Counted from the stretch's first letter, positions 32,575 through 44,010 are shown. The stretch is 64,000 nt of DNA from an uncultured Spirochaetota bacterium (GCA_963783575.1 CAWAOD010000011.1:32001-96000), one strand, 5' to 3'. Notes: generated by a model from the sequence alone, not told the origin. A program made the numbers and translations.

Positions 32575-34098
32575 TCAGCCTGCTTTGATAAACTCTTTTA
32601 CAGGATCTTTTATAAATCCAGCTTGTTTTAATGCTTCATAAGCACTTAACCCTTCTTTTTTTGCTTGCTTTATTATGATCCTTAGATCATTATTATCGAT
32701 TTTAGGACTTTTATTTATAGGATTACTGTTGTCATAAGCTTTTATCTGTTTTTCTTTACTTGTTTTACAGTTCCTGTTTTTATTTATACTCCCTCTTGAT
32801 TTGATATTGTCGGTTAAAATTATTTGTGATGCAGTACTGTTTATTCTATTTTCACACAGCTTATTTATATCCAGCGGAAGTAGATCTTCAAAATTGGAAA
32901 TGGTCCTATAATCTCCTGATTTAATCGCTTTTAACATAGGTTCAAGAAAGCTAAGACTTTCCCTTGAAGCACTTCTGACAACACTTGGAGTAAGTTTTTC
33001 TTTGCCGGAAATAATCGCCTCGACCTGCGAAAGAATAAAAAGCTTTACTGTTACATCTACAATGCCTTGGCTTAATTCATAGAATAGATCAGACATTCCT
33101 TCAGTTAATGGTATAGAATCTTTGGACCATTGAAATTTCCAGAATCCTTTTAAAAGTAAATCCCACCATTCATTTTTCTTCATATTCTCCCAGATCACGC
33201 TTCCCTGTTGTCCGGTACTGCGCCTTGCCTGTCTGAACTCGCCCTGGAGTATTGGCAGCGCTTTATTTGTCCCAATCAATATAATAGGAACACCAATAGT
33301 ATTCACTAAATTGACAAAAAAATTCAGCATTTTCTCAGAACCCCTGCTTTTTGCCGCACTTAAGTGCTGGATTTCATCAATTACAAGAAGCCCAAGACTT
33401 TGTCTTTTTGCTAACTGTGCCATCCGGGGGATCATCAAATCAGTTGTTGTATTATGTCCTGAAGCGAATTTGTTATATGTATTTTCTCCAAGAAGTTCGT
33501 CAAACTGCATAAAAAAACTTGAACACAAACCTTTAATACTACCGTCAAGCGGGCATTCAAGCTTCATCCAGACCAATTGATAATGCTGTAAAGGCTGATC
33601 CTCATATAAATTGTGGACAATAACACGGGGATATAAAGCCAAAATCTTTTCAATTGCTCTTGACTTTCCCACACCTGAATAACCAATAATTGTAAATCCG
33701 GAAGCGGATGAAGGCGAAAGATTTACCCCTTCAAACCTGCTGTCCTTTTCCTTTAAGGCTTTATAAAGCTGATGCATATCGGCAGCATAAGCCGGTTTGA
33801 TCGGATTTCTGGATATGTATCCCTGCCGTATAGCAGATGATATTTTATTTTCTATTTTAAGATGAATATCCCAGGGTTGAAAGAAATTACACAGTCTCTT
33901 GACACATTCTAAACGGAAATGGGGTTCAAGCAATCTTTCAGATTCATTGAAATCTGGATAATACTGTAGATGCTTTACTGCTTCTTGAAAAGACATCATA
34001 GGTGGAAGGGCTTTTATCAGCGGATTAGAATTGAATTCAGGCAGAACCTGTTCAGTATATATCGCTTCTTCTGGTTCAAAGCGGGATTCATTATTCAT
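32575..34098 (-). CDS. tnsC: TnsC AAA+ ATPase
   Basis: Walker A GYSGVGKS, Walker B LLVIDEIQ, FRQARR. Confidence 0.92.
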   Translation of the reverse strand: MNNESRFEPEEAIYTEQVLPEFNSNPLIKALPPMMSFQEAVKHLQYYPDFNESERLLEPHFRLECVKRLCNFFQPWDIHLKIENKISSAIRQGYISRNPIKPAYAADMHQLYKALKEKDSRFEGVNLSPSSASGFTIIGYSGVGKSRAIEKILALYPRVIVHNLYEDQPLQHYQLVWMKLECPLDGSIKGLCSSFFMQFDELLGENTYNKFASGHNTTTDLMIPRMAQLAKRQSLGLLVIDEIQHLSAAKSRGSEKMLNFFVNLVNTIGVPIILIGTNKALPILQGEFRQARRSTGQQGSVIWENMKKNEWWDLLLKGFWKFQWSKDSIPLTEGMSDLFYELSQGIVDVTVKLFILSQVEAIISGKEKLTPSVVRSASRESLSFLEPMLKAIKSGDYRTISNFEDLLPLDINKLCENRINSTASQIILTDNIKSRGSINKNRNCKTSKEKQIKAYDNSNPINKSPKIDNNDLRIIIKQAKKEGLSAYEALKQAGFIKDPVKEFIKAG

Positions 34099-36256
34099 TT
34101 TTCCTTTTTAAACCTTCTTCCTGCATTTTTCTTATATATTCAATATTGATAATATTCGTTGATGTATTATCCTCTTCCTCTATGCTGACATTATCAATGG
34201 AGTTCGGTTTTTTATCTTCTTTTCCCAGAATAAACGATTCTTTTTTTCTATTGACCAGTTTTTCATTTGCTCTGTTCTCTCTGATACCTCTTATGCGCGA
34301 AGCTTTACTGGCCTCTGGAAAAATATTTTTTTCTGTTTTCTTCTTTGATTTCTTTACAATATTCTCAAGTTCCGAAATCAGATCAACCTTTGACTGTATT
34401 ATTACACCTGCATTTTTCTGTCTGTTTAATTTTTCATACGCTTCCAGATAATCAAGTTCTTCAGCCGTTTTCCCAATAAACCCCTGGCCTTCAATTAGGT
34501 AACAGACATCATAATTCCGTCCGTCTTCTAACCTAGCATAAATACGGTCTAAAATCCTGGGATCATATGATATATCAATCTTCCAGCTTCCTCTGCTTCT
34601 TGCTTTTTCAAACCAGTGTTCTGAAATTGCCCTGTCACTTTTGTAATACCTTGTTTTAAATTTTATTCCCTTCTCTGTTACAGTTGCCGAAGCAGCAGGC
34701 ATTAAACTGAGCTTTACAATTTCATCTGGAGTTGACCGGAGGCTGCCGGACCTATGGATAATACCCCAGTTCCATATTTGAATTGGAATAGGATCAACAT
34801 TTCCTGCTGCTAATTCCTCATCCCTGCTATAACTATCCATCCAGTTATGATTATTATGATAAAGGACACAGCGTATTACCATTTCTGTAAACTCGCTGAT
34901 ATCCATCTTTGCGTCCAGTCGGTAATCCTGGCCGCCCCTTTCCCTGAAATCAGTGTCTATATATCCGGGCGCCAACGGTTTGACTTTTATATTAAGAGTC
35001 CTGAAATACTGTTCTACAATACCTTTCCAATCAGCCCTGTAAGGAGGGGTATTTTCTATTTTTACATGGAGGGTATTGATCAAGGTATCAATGTTTTTCC
35101 CTTCCATCTCGCCCCTGTCAGCCAGGATCGATTCCGGAATACCACTGCATGGCCAATCTTCTTCTGTAATATTAATTCCATAGTCCCTGCAGAACTCAAC
35201 CTTATCTGAAGCTGCGTTTGCAAGTGCCATCATCGCTCCAATCCATGATGGTCCTTCCAGGCCCACATAAATTCCTGCTACCATTCTCGAAAAAACATCA
35301 ATAATAACATAAATTACAGGGCGCCCTATTATCCATTCCCTGTTAATACTTGAAACCAAATAAATATCACCTACAGTCGCGTCTATTTGGTACTTAGCCC
35401 CTGGTCCCAGATTACCTTTATCGGATTTTCCCAATATTGCTCTGTGCTGAAGTTAATATTTTTTCGCTCCTAGTCTTGAAGACAATATTTTTTTAATATT
35501 CTGCTCTTTTTGAAACCAGTATTTAAATTGCGTAAATGACGGAATTTCTTTTATTGGGTACAATAGTGCCTTTTTTATGCCATTCTCCATTACGAATCCA
35601 TCGGTATAAAATTTCTTTACCATCATATGATAAGCGTCAACCAGGGAATTTTTTTTCGGGGTATTATAAAAATTACTTATAGCAACTCTAAAATTTCTCT
35701 TTGCAGCTTCATCAACATTTGTTCCATGGATGTTGAGATTTTGGGTCTTTCTGGGTCTTCCTATTTTCTTTTCGCCTAGAACTTTATCTTTTCCTTTTCC
35801 TCCGGATTTCCAATAATCCGGTAGAAGTGCATTTTTATTCTTTCCCCTCTGCCAGTACCTTCGAAGGTATTTATAAATATATTTTTTCTGGATACCATGT
35901 TCATTTTTTATTTCATTAATAATAGAGCCTCTTTTTTCACGGAAATATATTTCAGGTTCGTTTGACACTGCATTCTCAATTATTTTCCAGGATTTATCAC
36001 GGATAGTTTTTGATTTCGAATTGATTGATTCTTCTAATATTGCAATGGAAAATGGATCGTCCACAGTAATCTGAATCATTTTTTTCTCAATTTCTTCAAG
36101 TATAAAATCATGGTCTTTTATTTCGGGGAGGGCTTTATTGGATTGGATATCTATGGTAACAATTATACTATTGTCAACCCATAAAATTCTTTCAAAATTT
36201 ACTATGCCCTTTTCATTTATCAATTTTAAAATTTCATTCACTATAGGAATTTTCAT
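34091..36256 (-). pseudogene. tnsB: TnsB DDE transposase with an in-frame TAA at 35453-35455
   Basis: YLRRYWQRG N-terminal piece; QIDAT, IDVFSR, ADRGE and KGIVE motifs; both pieces share one frame. Confidence 0.9.
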
Positions 36257-36263
36257 GCTAACC

Positions 36264-37090
36264 TCTAGTTTTGCTCAGAGATATCTAAATTCAAATTATT
36301 AAAATTTAAAATCATATTTTCAGCTTTTTGATTAAGTTCAAATTTTACATTCATATCAATGATTACTTGCTTAGATGCAATTAAGTGTTTGAAGATTTTA
36401 AGAAATGTTTAGATCAAGAGTATCCAAAATATTCTGGATAGTATCGGTTTTATGGAAAAGGTTTTGTTTTAGAATATGAATCATTTCACTTAAATTATCC
36501 TGGTCTTTATATCCCAGGTCAACAGGATTTCTGAAAAAATGAATCCTCTCGATATTTTCAGTAAGTTGTGAAGGTAAAAGTCCATCAGTGACAATTCCCC
36601 AATCGATTCCCTTTTCCTCCCAATAACACCTTTCAATCTCCAGATTTTCAATTTTTCTTGATCTGTTAAGATCCTCTGACAGTTTTACTGTTCTTACAAT
36701 ATTCATTACACTGCAGGAATCACGTACAGTTATCATAAAATCCGATGTTAGAATAACAGGGGTTTGACTCTGCCTGTTGATAGGATATTTGATATCTTTT
36801 TCCTTAGCTATTTCTTTAGTTCTATTCCTATCCAGCAACGGAAACTGTTCCCTTATATCGACAACACGATCGGACCATTCTAAAAGATAAAATAATTTTG
36901 TTTCCTGGTCGGACATAAAATGATGGGTTCTGCTGGTTTTCCATCCGAATACACGTGATACTCTACCGAGTGACGGGAAATCATGAATACTAATCCAGGG
37001 TTTATAATTTTTACCTTCTCCGCTCCCGTACCCTTTCTTTATTTTCTCAGCTATATTATTTTCACTGGGTATTGATCTTGTTTTTGCCAT
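36264..37090 (-). pseudogene. tnsA: TnsA endonuclease, C-terminus frameshifted near 36400
   Basis: GYGSGEGKNYKPW, HHFMSDQE, DIREQFPL, LTSDF, EIERCYW motifs; tail FKHLIASK...IDMN continues in another frame. Confidence 0.9.
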
Positions 37091-37154
37091 CCTTCCGTCC
37101 TCTGTTATTCTTGATGCTATTTCATGATCGGATATACCCGGAGCAGAATATTAT

Positions 37155-37221
37155 AGTTTCCAACTTTTTTATCTAGTTTCCAACATTATTATTCAGTTTC
37201 CAACTATTTTATATTTCTACA
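37155..37221. repeat. Tn7-like tnsA-proximal end with three 20-bp-periodic TnsB sites
   Basis: agtttccaac three times, ending ...tttctaca. Confidence 0.9.
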
Positions 37222-38537
37222 GTACTCAATATAAGCAGCGCCAGCATTTCGACGTGCTGAGTCTGGGGAAACATATCTACAAGAACCAATTCTTTGAGTT
37301 GATATTTTTCCGAAAGCAAATGTATATCCCTTGCCATGGTTGAAGGCTTGCATGATGAATAGATGATCTTTTTGGGCTGCATTTTTAAGAGCACATCAAG
37401 ACATGCTTTGTCCATACCCCTTCGCGGCGGGTCGATTATCATAACATCCGCATAACCAAGTTCCGGAAGCTTTTCCTCGACCGCAGCCTGGATAAACCTC
37501 AAATTTGTGCCGATTTTATTTCTTATAACATTCTGTTGAGCGTCAAGAACCGAGCTTTTCGCTATCTCTACGCCAATAGTTTCCTTCGCAAAAAAGCTCA
37601 CAAAAAGTGTTATCAATCCTATTCCGCAATAAAGGTCAAAAATCCTTTCATGCCCGGCGGGATCAAGAAGACTTATTATTTTTTCGAGCCAGAGAGGGAT
37701 GACTCCATTATTCACCTGGAAGAAGCTATCTTTGGATATTTTAAACGAAATAGATTTCCCGGCGGCAGAAACCGTTTCGTAAACTTCACTGTCCCGGTAT
37801 CTATCGGTCAGAATCCAGTTTACTACCGTATCGCCCGAATCAGTTGTCCTTACCTTAAAATTATGCGGTGGAAAAACTGATTGTGATCTGATTAGGTTTA
37901 ATGCCTTGTTAATTTCGGGCATGGCTAAAAGGCATTCATTTATATCCACTATTGATTTGGAGTCTTTGCGGAAAAAACCGATATGCCTGCTTTTATTCCC
38001 GACTTTAAAAGTCTCGGTATTCCTGTAATTGTAAGGATTCGGGCTTTTTATCAGCCCGGTCAGGCCGTTAATTTCCATCTTACCGATTCTGCGGATGGTT
38101 TCAAGCACAGTCTGTTTTTTTAACTCGAGCTGTTTATCATAATCCAGCATCTGGTAATCGCAACCGCCGCAGATTGAGAAATAAGGGCATTTAGGTTTAA
38201 TTCTGCCGGGGGATGGTTCGATTATTTCCGCAGGCTCTGCCATGGCATAATCTTTTGTTTCTTTATAAATATTCGCTTTGACGGTTTCTCCGGGAATAAC
38301 ATATCTTACAAAAATAACCTTCTCATTTTCACGGGCGATACATGCCCCTTCGCCCGCATATTTTTCAATCTTAAGAATAGCTTCCCTTTTTACCGATTTG
38401 GTCCGGCGGGGATTTAAACCGTCAAATATGGTTTTATCATTATCCGGTCCGTTTATATTTGTTGATAAAGAGTCATTATTCATATCAACGGAATGAAATG
38501 ATTCATTTGGGGATTGTTTTTTTAGGCTGCTTTCCAT
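37209..38537 (-). CDS. rlmD: 23S rRNA (uracil-C5)-methyltransferase, RlmD/TrmA family
   Basis: TRAM domain, CPYFSICGGC, SFFQVN, DLYCGIG, DPPRRG, YSSCKP, DMFPQTQHVE. Confidence 0.92.
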   Translation of the reverse strand: MESSLKKQSPNESFHSVDMNNDSLSTNINGPDNDKTIFDGLNPRRTKSVKREAILKIEKYAGEGACIARENEKVIFVRYVIPGETVKANIYKETKDYAMAEPAEIIEPSPGRIKPKCPYFSICGGCDYQMLDYDKQLELKKQTVLETIRRIGKMEINGLTGLIKSPNPYNYRNTETFKVGNKSRHIGFFRKDSKSIVDINECLLAMPEINKALNLIRSQSVFPPHNFKVRTTDSGDTVVNWILTDRYRDSEVYETVSAAGKSISFKISKDSFFQVNNGVIPLWLEKIISLLDPAGHERIFDLYCGIGLITLFVSFFAKETIGVEIAKSSVLDAQQNVIRNKIGTNLRFIQAAVEEKLPELGYADVMIIDPPRRGMDKACLDVLLKMQPKKIIYSSCKPSTMARDIHLLSEKYQLKELVLVDMFPQTQHVEMLALLILSTVEI

Positions 38538-39810
38538 TTAAATTTATACCTTTCCTTTTTTCTTTTCTTTTTTTCGGTGAAATTTTAACGCGTTTCACCC
38601 TGATATTTGTGGCTGAAATTACCTCAAAAGTAAATCTGCCTTCATCGAAACTATCCCCGGCTTCAGGTATCCTGCCGAGTTTATAAAGCACAAATCCGGC
38701 AACTGTTTCAAAGTCAATCTTCTTTATGTGAAGTTTTAATTCATCATTGATTTCATCTATATTCAGCATTCCGTTAACCAGGTAGGCGTCGCCTTCCTTT
38801 TCGATCCAGTTTTCATGTATCTCAACAAATCCGCCGATGATCTCCGTTATAATATCCTGATTGGTAATGACCCCGGCAACACCGCCGTATTCATCGGCGA
38901 CAAAAGCCATCTGGACCATTTTATTCTGCATCCTGACAAGAACTTTATTGATCGTCATAAGGTCGGGCACAAAAACTGCTTCCTTTACATATTTGCCTAT
39001 TTTATCATGCTTATTTGCATCAAGCAGGTCTTTATTTTCAACAAAGCCGATCATATTATCGACCCTCATTCTGAAAACCGGGATCCTGGAATGCCTTGTA
39101 GTAAGCATAAGAGCCGAAGCCAGCTCAACGGAATCATTTTCTTCAACGCAGGTCATCCGGATAAGCGGAACCATTATTTCCTTCGCCTTGATATTCTTAA
39201 AATTCATTATACTTTCGATGAATTTCTTCTCATTTTCTTTCAAAATACCTTTATCAGCGGTCATATCGAGGAGAATATTGAAATCCTCTTTAGTATAAAG
39301 GCTCTTTTTCTTTTTTATACCAAGAACCCACAAAATTGACTTAACAATCCTCACGAATATTATCTGGACCGGGTACAGCAAAATATAAATGACCCGGTAA
39401 AAAGATGCCAGTGGAAACATCAGTTCATCGGCGAATTCCCTGAATATGACTTTAGGAATCAAAGTCGCTATGATCAATATTACCGGAGTAAGTATAAGGG
39501 TAGCGTAAAGCGGTATCAGCGGACTCGGTCCAAGGATTCCGGAAAGGAATTTTGTAAAATTGACTACTATCGCCACCTCAAAAACACTGGTTCCAATTAT
39601 AAAAGTACCGATCACATTCTCGGAATTCTTTAATAATTTTTCCAGGATTCTCGCTCTTTTATCCTTAAGCTCCAATCTTGAGTGCAGCTTAATGCGGCTT
39701 ATTGAAATAAAAGCCGTTTCACTGCCGTTGAAAAATGCGGCTAGAAGGATAAAGAGACATACATATAATAATTCCATTCCCTCTCCTACTTCTCTATCAC
39801 TGTAAACCAT
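38503..39810 (-). CDS. CNNM/hemolysin-family CBS-domain protein
   Basis: AAFFNGSETAF, HSRIPV, DEYGG, FETVAG. Confidence 0.9.
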   Translation of the reverse strand: MVYSDREVGEGMELLYVCLFILLAAFFNGSETAFISISRIKLHSRLELKDKRARILEKLLKNSENVIGTFIIGTSVFEVAIVVNFTKFLSGILGPSPLIPLYATLILTPVILIIATLIPKVIFREFADELMFPLASFYRVIYILLYPVQIIFVRIVKSILWVLGIKKKKSLYTKEDFNILLDMTADKGILKENEKKFIESIMNFKNIKAKEIMVPLIRMTCVEENDSVELASALMLTTRHSRIPVFRMRVDNMIGFVENKDLLDANKHDKIGKYVKEAVFVPDLMTINKVLVRMQNKMVQMAFVADEYGGVAGVITNQDIITEIIGGFVEIHENWIEKEGDAYLVNGMLNIDEINDELKLHIKKIDFETVAGFVLYKLGRIPEAGDSFDEGRFTFEVISATNIRVKRVKISPKKRKEKRKGINLNGKQPKKTIPK

Positions 39811-41018
39811 TCAATGTGCATTTCACTTCTGTCTTTTATTATAATCCTGTATTTCTCGGTATCAAAGGTATACCCGCTTTCCGGGATATCGCCGGCCAGT
39901 TCTATCATATAACCGGCAAGGGTTTCATAATCACTGCTCGATAAGCCGCATTCAAAAAAGCCGTTGAAATCGTCAAGGCTAATATCGCCGCTTACCAGGA
40001 AGCGCTTTTTCCCCGTACGGATGATCTTCCGCTCCATTTTGAAGCTTTCGTCCATAATCTCGCCGACAATTTCGCCCAGGACATCCGCTATAGTAACAAT
40101 TCCAAGGCTGCTCCCGTATTCATCAACAACCGCTGCAATGCCGAGCTTTTTCTTAAGAAAGTCCTCCAGCATTTCGGAAAGTTTTTTTGTCTCCGGTACA
40201 AAATATATCTGTTCCTGAATATCAGAGACTTTCATCCCTTTATCCTTTTCGGGATTATGAACAAACTGAAAAATAGCCCTCAAATTGACAACGCCGGTAA
40301 TATTATCATCGGTTCCGGAATAAACCGGGATTTTGGTAAGCCTTGTCCTTTTGAAAAGACGGATTAAATCTTTAACAGGTTTATCTTTTTCGATTGAAAT
40401 GACTTTTGTGCGCGGCGTCATTATATTCCAGACTTCACGGCCGGCAAAGTTAAGCACGCTCTCAATAAGTTCTTTTTCATCCTTCTCAAATATGCCTTCC
40501 CTGGAAACAATGTTCATAAGCGCTGAAATATGGCCGCTGTCGATCTCATTCTCATCTTTTTTAATATGGCTGATCAAATTAATAATCCGGCTGACCAGGG
40601 AGTCTATAAGAACAGATAAGGGCTTAACAAGTTTAAATACAGGCATTAATAACCTTGAATTAAACCTTGAAACCGGTTCTATCCTTAGTATGGCGATGGT
40701 TTTCGGGGATATTTCACTAAAAAACAGCAGAATCGCCGTAACAATTACAATTGACAATAATGCATGAGAAATGCCGAGCCTTTCGCTCAGAAGCGATGAA
40801 ACTGCTGTATTTGCCGCGGTATTTCCCAGTAATACCGTGATCAGCAGCAATGATGTTCTCTTTAAAAGAAATTTGATCCGGCTTCTGGCGTTTTTGCTTT
40901 TCATTTTTTTAAGCCTGATCTCGTCCATGGCAAAAAGAGCCGTTTCCGATGAGGAAAAGAAAGCGGAAAGCAGCAATAAAAATATTATTATAATGAGATT
41001 CAACCAATGGTATTCCAT
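39786..41018 (-). CDS. CNNM/hemolysin-family CBS-domain protein
   Basis: SAFFSSSETALF, IMTPR, VDEYG, YETLAG. Confidence 0.9.
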   Translation of the reverse strand: MEYHWLNLIIIIFLLLLSAFFSSSETALFAMDEIRLKKMKSKNARSRIKFLLKRTSLLLITVLLGNTAANTAVSSLLSERLGISHALLSIVIVTAILLFFSEISPKTIAILRIEPVSRFNSRLLMPVFKLVKPLSVLIDSLVSRIINLISHIKKDENEIDSGHISALMNIVSREGIFEKDEKELIESVLNFAGREVWNIMTPRTKVISIEKDKPVKDLIRLFKRTRLTKIPVYSGTDDNITGVVNLRAIFQFVHNPEKDKGMKVSDIQEQIYFVPETKKLSEMLEDFLKKKLGIAAVVDEYGSSLGIVTIADVLGEIVGEIMDESFKMERKIIRTGKKRFLVSGDISLDDFNGFFECGLSSSDYETLAGYMIELAGDIPESGYTFDTEKYRIIIKDRSEMHIEWFTVIEK

Positions 41019-41037
41019 TAATTAAACCGCCTCCCGG

Positions 41038-42136
41038 TTATTCCAGAGCTTTTATAACCTTATCCGCTACAAATTCTACCTGATCATCGGTTAAAAAAGG
41101 ATGCATAGGCAGACTTATAATTTCCTGGGCTACAGCTTCCGATACCGGAAAATCCCCTTTTTTATAACCAAGATATGAGTATGCTTCCTGAAGATGTATC
41201 GGCACCGGATAATGGATCGCTGTAGGCACGCCGTCTGATTTTAATTTCTGCGCCGCGGCATCCCTGTTTTTAATCCGCACCGAATACTGGGCAAATACGC
41301 TCCGGCCGGTGTAGCTTTCTAAGTAAGGAGCCTTAACATTCGTGCCTTTAAATAATGCGTTGTACTTTTTTCCGATTTCAAACCTTTTTTCGGCCTCATT
41401 TTCAAAATGGGCGAATTTTGCCAGCATTACACCCGCCTGAATGGAATCAAGCCGGAAGTTTAGCCCGATATATTTATGGACATAACTTTTTGTCTGGCCA
41501 TGATTCATAATGCACCGCATTTTTTCAGCAAGCCCTGCGTTGTTTGTAAAGATCATACCACCGTCACCGTAACATCCGAGGGGTTTTGAGGGATAAAAGG
41601 AAGCCGTGCCAACATCGGAGAGACCGGCATGATTTTTTGCCTTTATAAACAGCACCGAAAGACTGCGCTCCGTCTTCAATCACAAACAGGCCATGTTTCC
41701 TGGCGATTTTGTTGATCTCATCCATATCGGGTGTTTGTCCGTATAATGAAACCGGTATAATGCCTTTTGTTTTTTTCGTGATTTTCTTCTCAATCTGACC
41801 TATATCGATATTGTAATTTCTCTCATCAATATCAACAAAAACAGGCGTTGCTCCTATAAAAGCTATAACTTCAGCTGTGGCGACGAATGTAAAAGGCGTG
41901 GTGATAATCTCATCCCCGGGCTTCACTCCGTAAGCAAGAAGAGGAATGATAAGCGCGTCCGTGCCGGATCCGGCGCCGATTGCATAATTGGTTCCGACAT
42001 ATTGCGAGAGTTTTTCTTCAAGTTCCTTAACATCTTTTCCAAGGATAAAAGTGGCGTTTGACATATTTTCAAAAACCTTTTTGTCGATTTCTTCCTTATA
42101 AAGTTTATACTGCTGTTTCAGATCAATAAAATCCAT
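41038..42136 (-). CDS. DegT/DnrJ/EryC1/StrS PLP-dependent aminotransferase; frameshift near 41627
   Basis: MDFIDLKQQY, SGTDAL, EDGAQSFGA and SFYPSKPLGCYGDGG split over two ORFs. Confidence 0.9.
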
Positions 42137-42297
42137 ATTTTCTCCTTGCTTTTTATTCATCAAACATATTATTAAAAAACTTTGTTTTAATGATATTTTT
42201 GAACTGCCTAAATATTATAAATTAAAATGCCATAATTGACAATTTAGCTGTAAATTGTAATAATGTAAGCATAGAAGCATTTTCCGCCAAATGCCGG

Positions 42298-42867
42298 TTA
42301 TTTTTTTTCAACCAGATAGTCAAGCTCAATTACTCCTGATTTAAAAGTCCTGGATTTTACAAGTTTCAGATTCAGCCTCTCATTGATGTCTTTAAACAAT
42401 GGATTTCCTCCACCGATAATAACGGGATGAATGAAAATCCTGATTTCATCGATCAGGCCAAGTCCGAAAAAAGCCGATGCGATTCCGGCTCCGCCGAGCA
42501 TTAGGTCGCCGCCCGGCTGTTCTTTAAGTTTTGTTATCTCTTCCGCAATATTCTCCCTGATGATTCTTGTATTTGCTGCGGCTTTTTCGAGCGTCCTTGA
42601 AAAAACGATTTTGGGCATATCCTTCCAGATACGTGCAAAATCGATGACGTAATCCGGGTTCGCCGAATCAAAACCGGCAACCGGCCAGTAGCCTGCCATT
42701 GCCTCATAGACTCTCCGCCCGTAAAGGAAGGCTCCCGCCTCACTCAGACGGCCGTTAATGTACCGGTGGTATTCCCCGTCAATGACAGCCCAGTCGAGAT
42801 TTCTGCCAGGTCCTTCGATAAAACCGTCGAGCGTCACATTCATGCCATAAATGACTTTTCTTGCCAT
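42298..42867 (-). CDS. dihydrofolate reductase-family (RibD C-terminal-like) protein
   Basis: TLDGFIEGP, GRRVYE, GLIDEI...HPVIIGGG. Confidence 0.88.
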   Translation of the reverse strand: MARKVIYGMNVTLDGFIEGPGRNLDWAVIDGEYHRYINGRLSEAGAFLYGRRVYEAMAGYWPVAGFDSANPDYVIDFARIWKDMPKIVFSRTLEKAAANTRIIRENIAEEITKLKEQPGGDLMLGGAGIASAFFGLGLIDEIRIFIHPVIIGGGNPLFKDINERLNLKLVKSRTFKSGVIELDYLVEKK

Positions 42868-42887
42868 TTGATTTTCCCCTGGAAATT

Positions 42888-43376
42888 CTACTTCACGCGG
42901 ATCATTACTGCATCGTAAGATACATTTTCGGAATTCTCACTTCCTTCAACCGGTCTCCAGCCGCCTGTAAGACTTTTCCCATCCATGCTGAATGTCCCCA
43001 TGTATTTTGCCGTTTTCATCCAATGAGTCACTTCATCACCCCGCACATCCCACCAGTAAGGAAAAACATTCCCGGATATGCTTGAATAAACATTTGAGCG
43101 GAAAGTATGGCCCGCAGGATCATACGAAATTATTTCAAGGCTTTGAATTTTAAAGCCTTTGTAGTTTATCTCGCCTGCCGCTTTAAGAAAGAATCCACCC
43201 GGCATCCACTCAAAAGTTGTCCATCCGCTTATATTATCCTCCTTTGAGTCAAGAGTTCGGCCGGATAATTCCCAGGTGCCGACAAGTTTATCAAGGCGTT
43301 TGAGAGCCGGATCGGGGGACGGAATCTGCATGAATTCCGTATTAACTTCGGCAGTATTTAATTTTTCTTTTGTCAT
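42888..43376 (-). CDS. hypothetical beta-barrel protein (DUF1579-like)
   Basis: LKRLDKLVGTW...FEWMPGGFFL pattern. Confidence 0.55.
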   Translation of the reverse strand: MTKEKLNTAEVNTEFMQIPSPDPALKRLDKLVGTWELSGRTLDSKEDNISGWTTFEWMPGGFFLKAAGEINYKGFKIQSLEIISYDPAGHTFRSNVYSSISGNVFPYWWDVRGDEVTHWMKTAKYMGTFSMDGKSLTGGWRPVEGSENSENVSYDAVMIRVK

Positions 43377-43399
43377 AACCTTTCCTCCATATTTTTCAA

Positions 43400-43978
43400 T
43401 TAAATCATATTTCCTGCCGGTTCATATGTAAGAACGACAATGCCTTTATCGAACGATTTTGCATCCTTAAGTTTAAAAGCTTTCATAATGTTTCCGTCTG
43501 TAAACAGCTTCCTGCCGCTTCCTAAAATGACCGGATGGACCATAAGACGATACTCATCGACAAGGTCAAGTTTCATCAGAAATTTCACGAGTTCACCGCT
43601 GCCTGCAACAAGGATATCCTGTCCCGGCATTTCTTTCATCTTTTTTATTACCGCTTCAATATTTTCCCTGATGATAGTTGAATTGTTCCATTCGGCTTTT
43701 TCAAGCGTCTTCGATACGACAAATTTTGGAATGCCGTTCATTCTGTCTGCAAACCCAGCATCATCTTTCATAGACGGCCATGCTTTTGCAAAACCCTGGT
43801 AGGTTATCCGCCCGAGAAGAAGAGCTCCGCTTGAGAAAAGCTCATCATATTTGAACTTAGCAGCATCAGCGCCCCAGAATTTAAAGCTCCAGCCGCCATT
43901 CACTGTTTTTTCCGAACCGCCAGGGTCTTCCATTACACCGTCAAGCGTCAGGTACTCGGTTGCTATTATTTTTCTCAT
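43400..43978 (-). CDS. dihydrofolate reductase-family protein
   Basis: MRKIIATEYLTLDGVM, GRITY, LVDEYRLMVHPV; ATG after aggag. Confidence 0.88.
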   Translation of the reverse strand: MRKIIATEYLTLDGVMEDPGGSEKTVNGGWSFKFWGADAAKFKYDELFSSGALLLGRITYQGFAKAWPSMKDDAGFADRMNGIPKFVVSKTLEKAEWNNSTIIRENIEAVIKKMKEMPGQDILVAGSGELVKFLMKLDLVDEYRLMVHPVILGSGRKLFTDGNIMKAFKLKDAKSFDKGIVVLTYEPAGNMI

Positions 43979-44010
43979 ATTAAAAACTCCTATTTTAAAC
44001 CGGTTAAACC

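Larger units (their letters stand above)
15897..37221 (-). mobile_element. Tn7-like transposon (21.3 kb)
   Basis: ends TGTTAAAAGATAAAAAAGTTGGAAACT (15897) and, reverse-complemented, TGTAGAAATATAAAATAGTTGGAAACT (37221); TSD GTACT at 15892-15896 and 37222-37226; tns gene cluster next to the 37221 end. Confidence 0.93.

Noticed and set aside
35453..35455. Stop-codon reassignment explaining the in-frame TAA codons
   Set aside because: TAA terminates many intact genes in the window.
29382..37090. CRISPR-associated transposon (CAST)
   Set aside because: No cas genes or array were seen between the ends; full-length TnsD and a TnsE-like gene are present instead.
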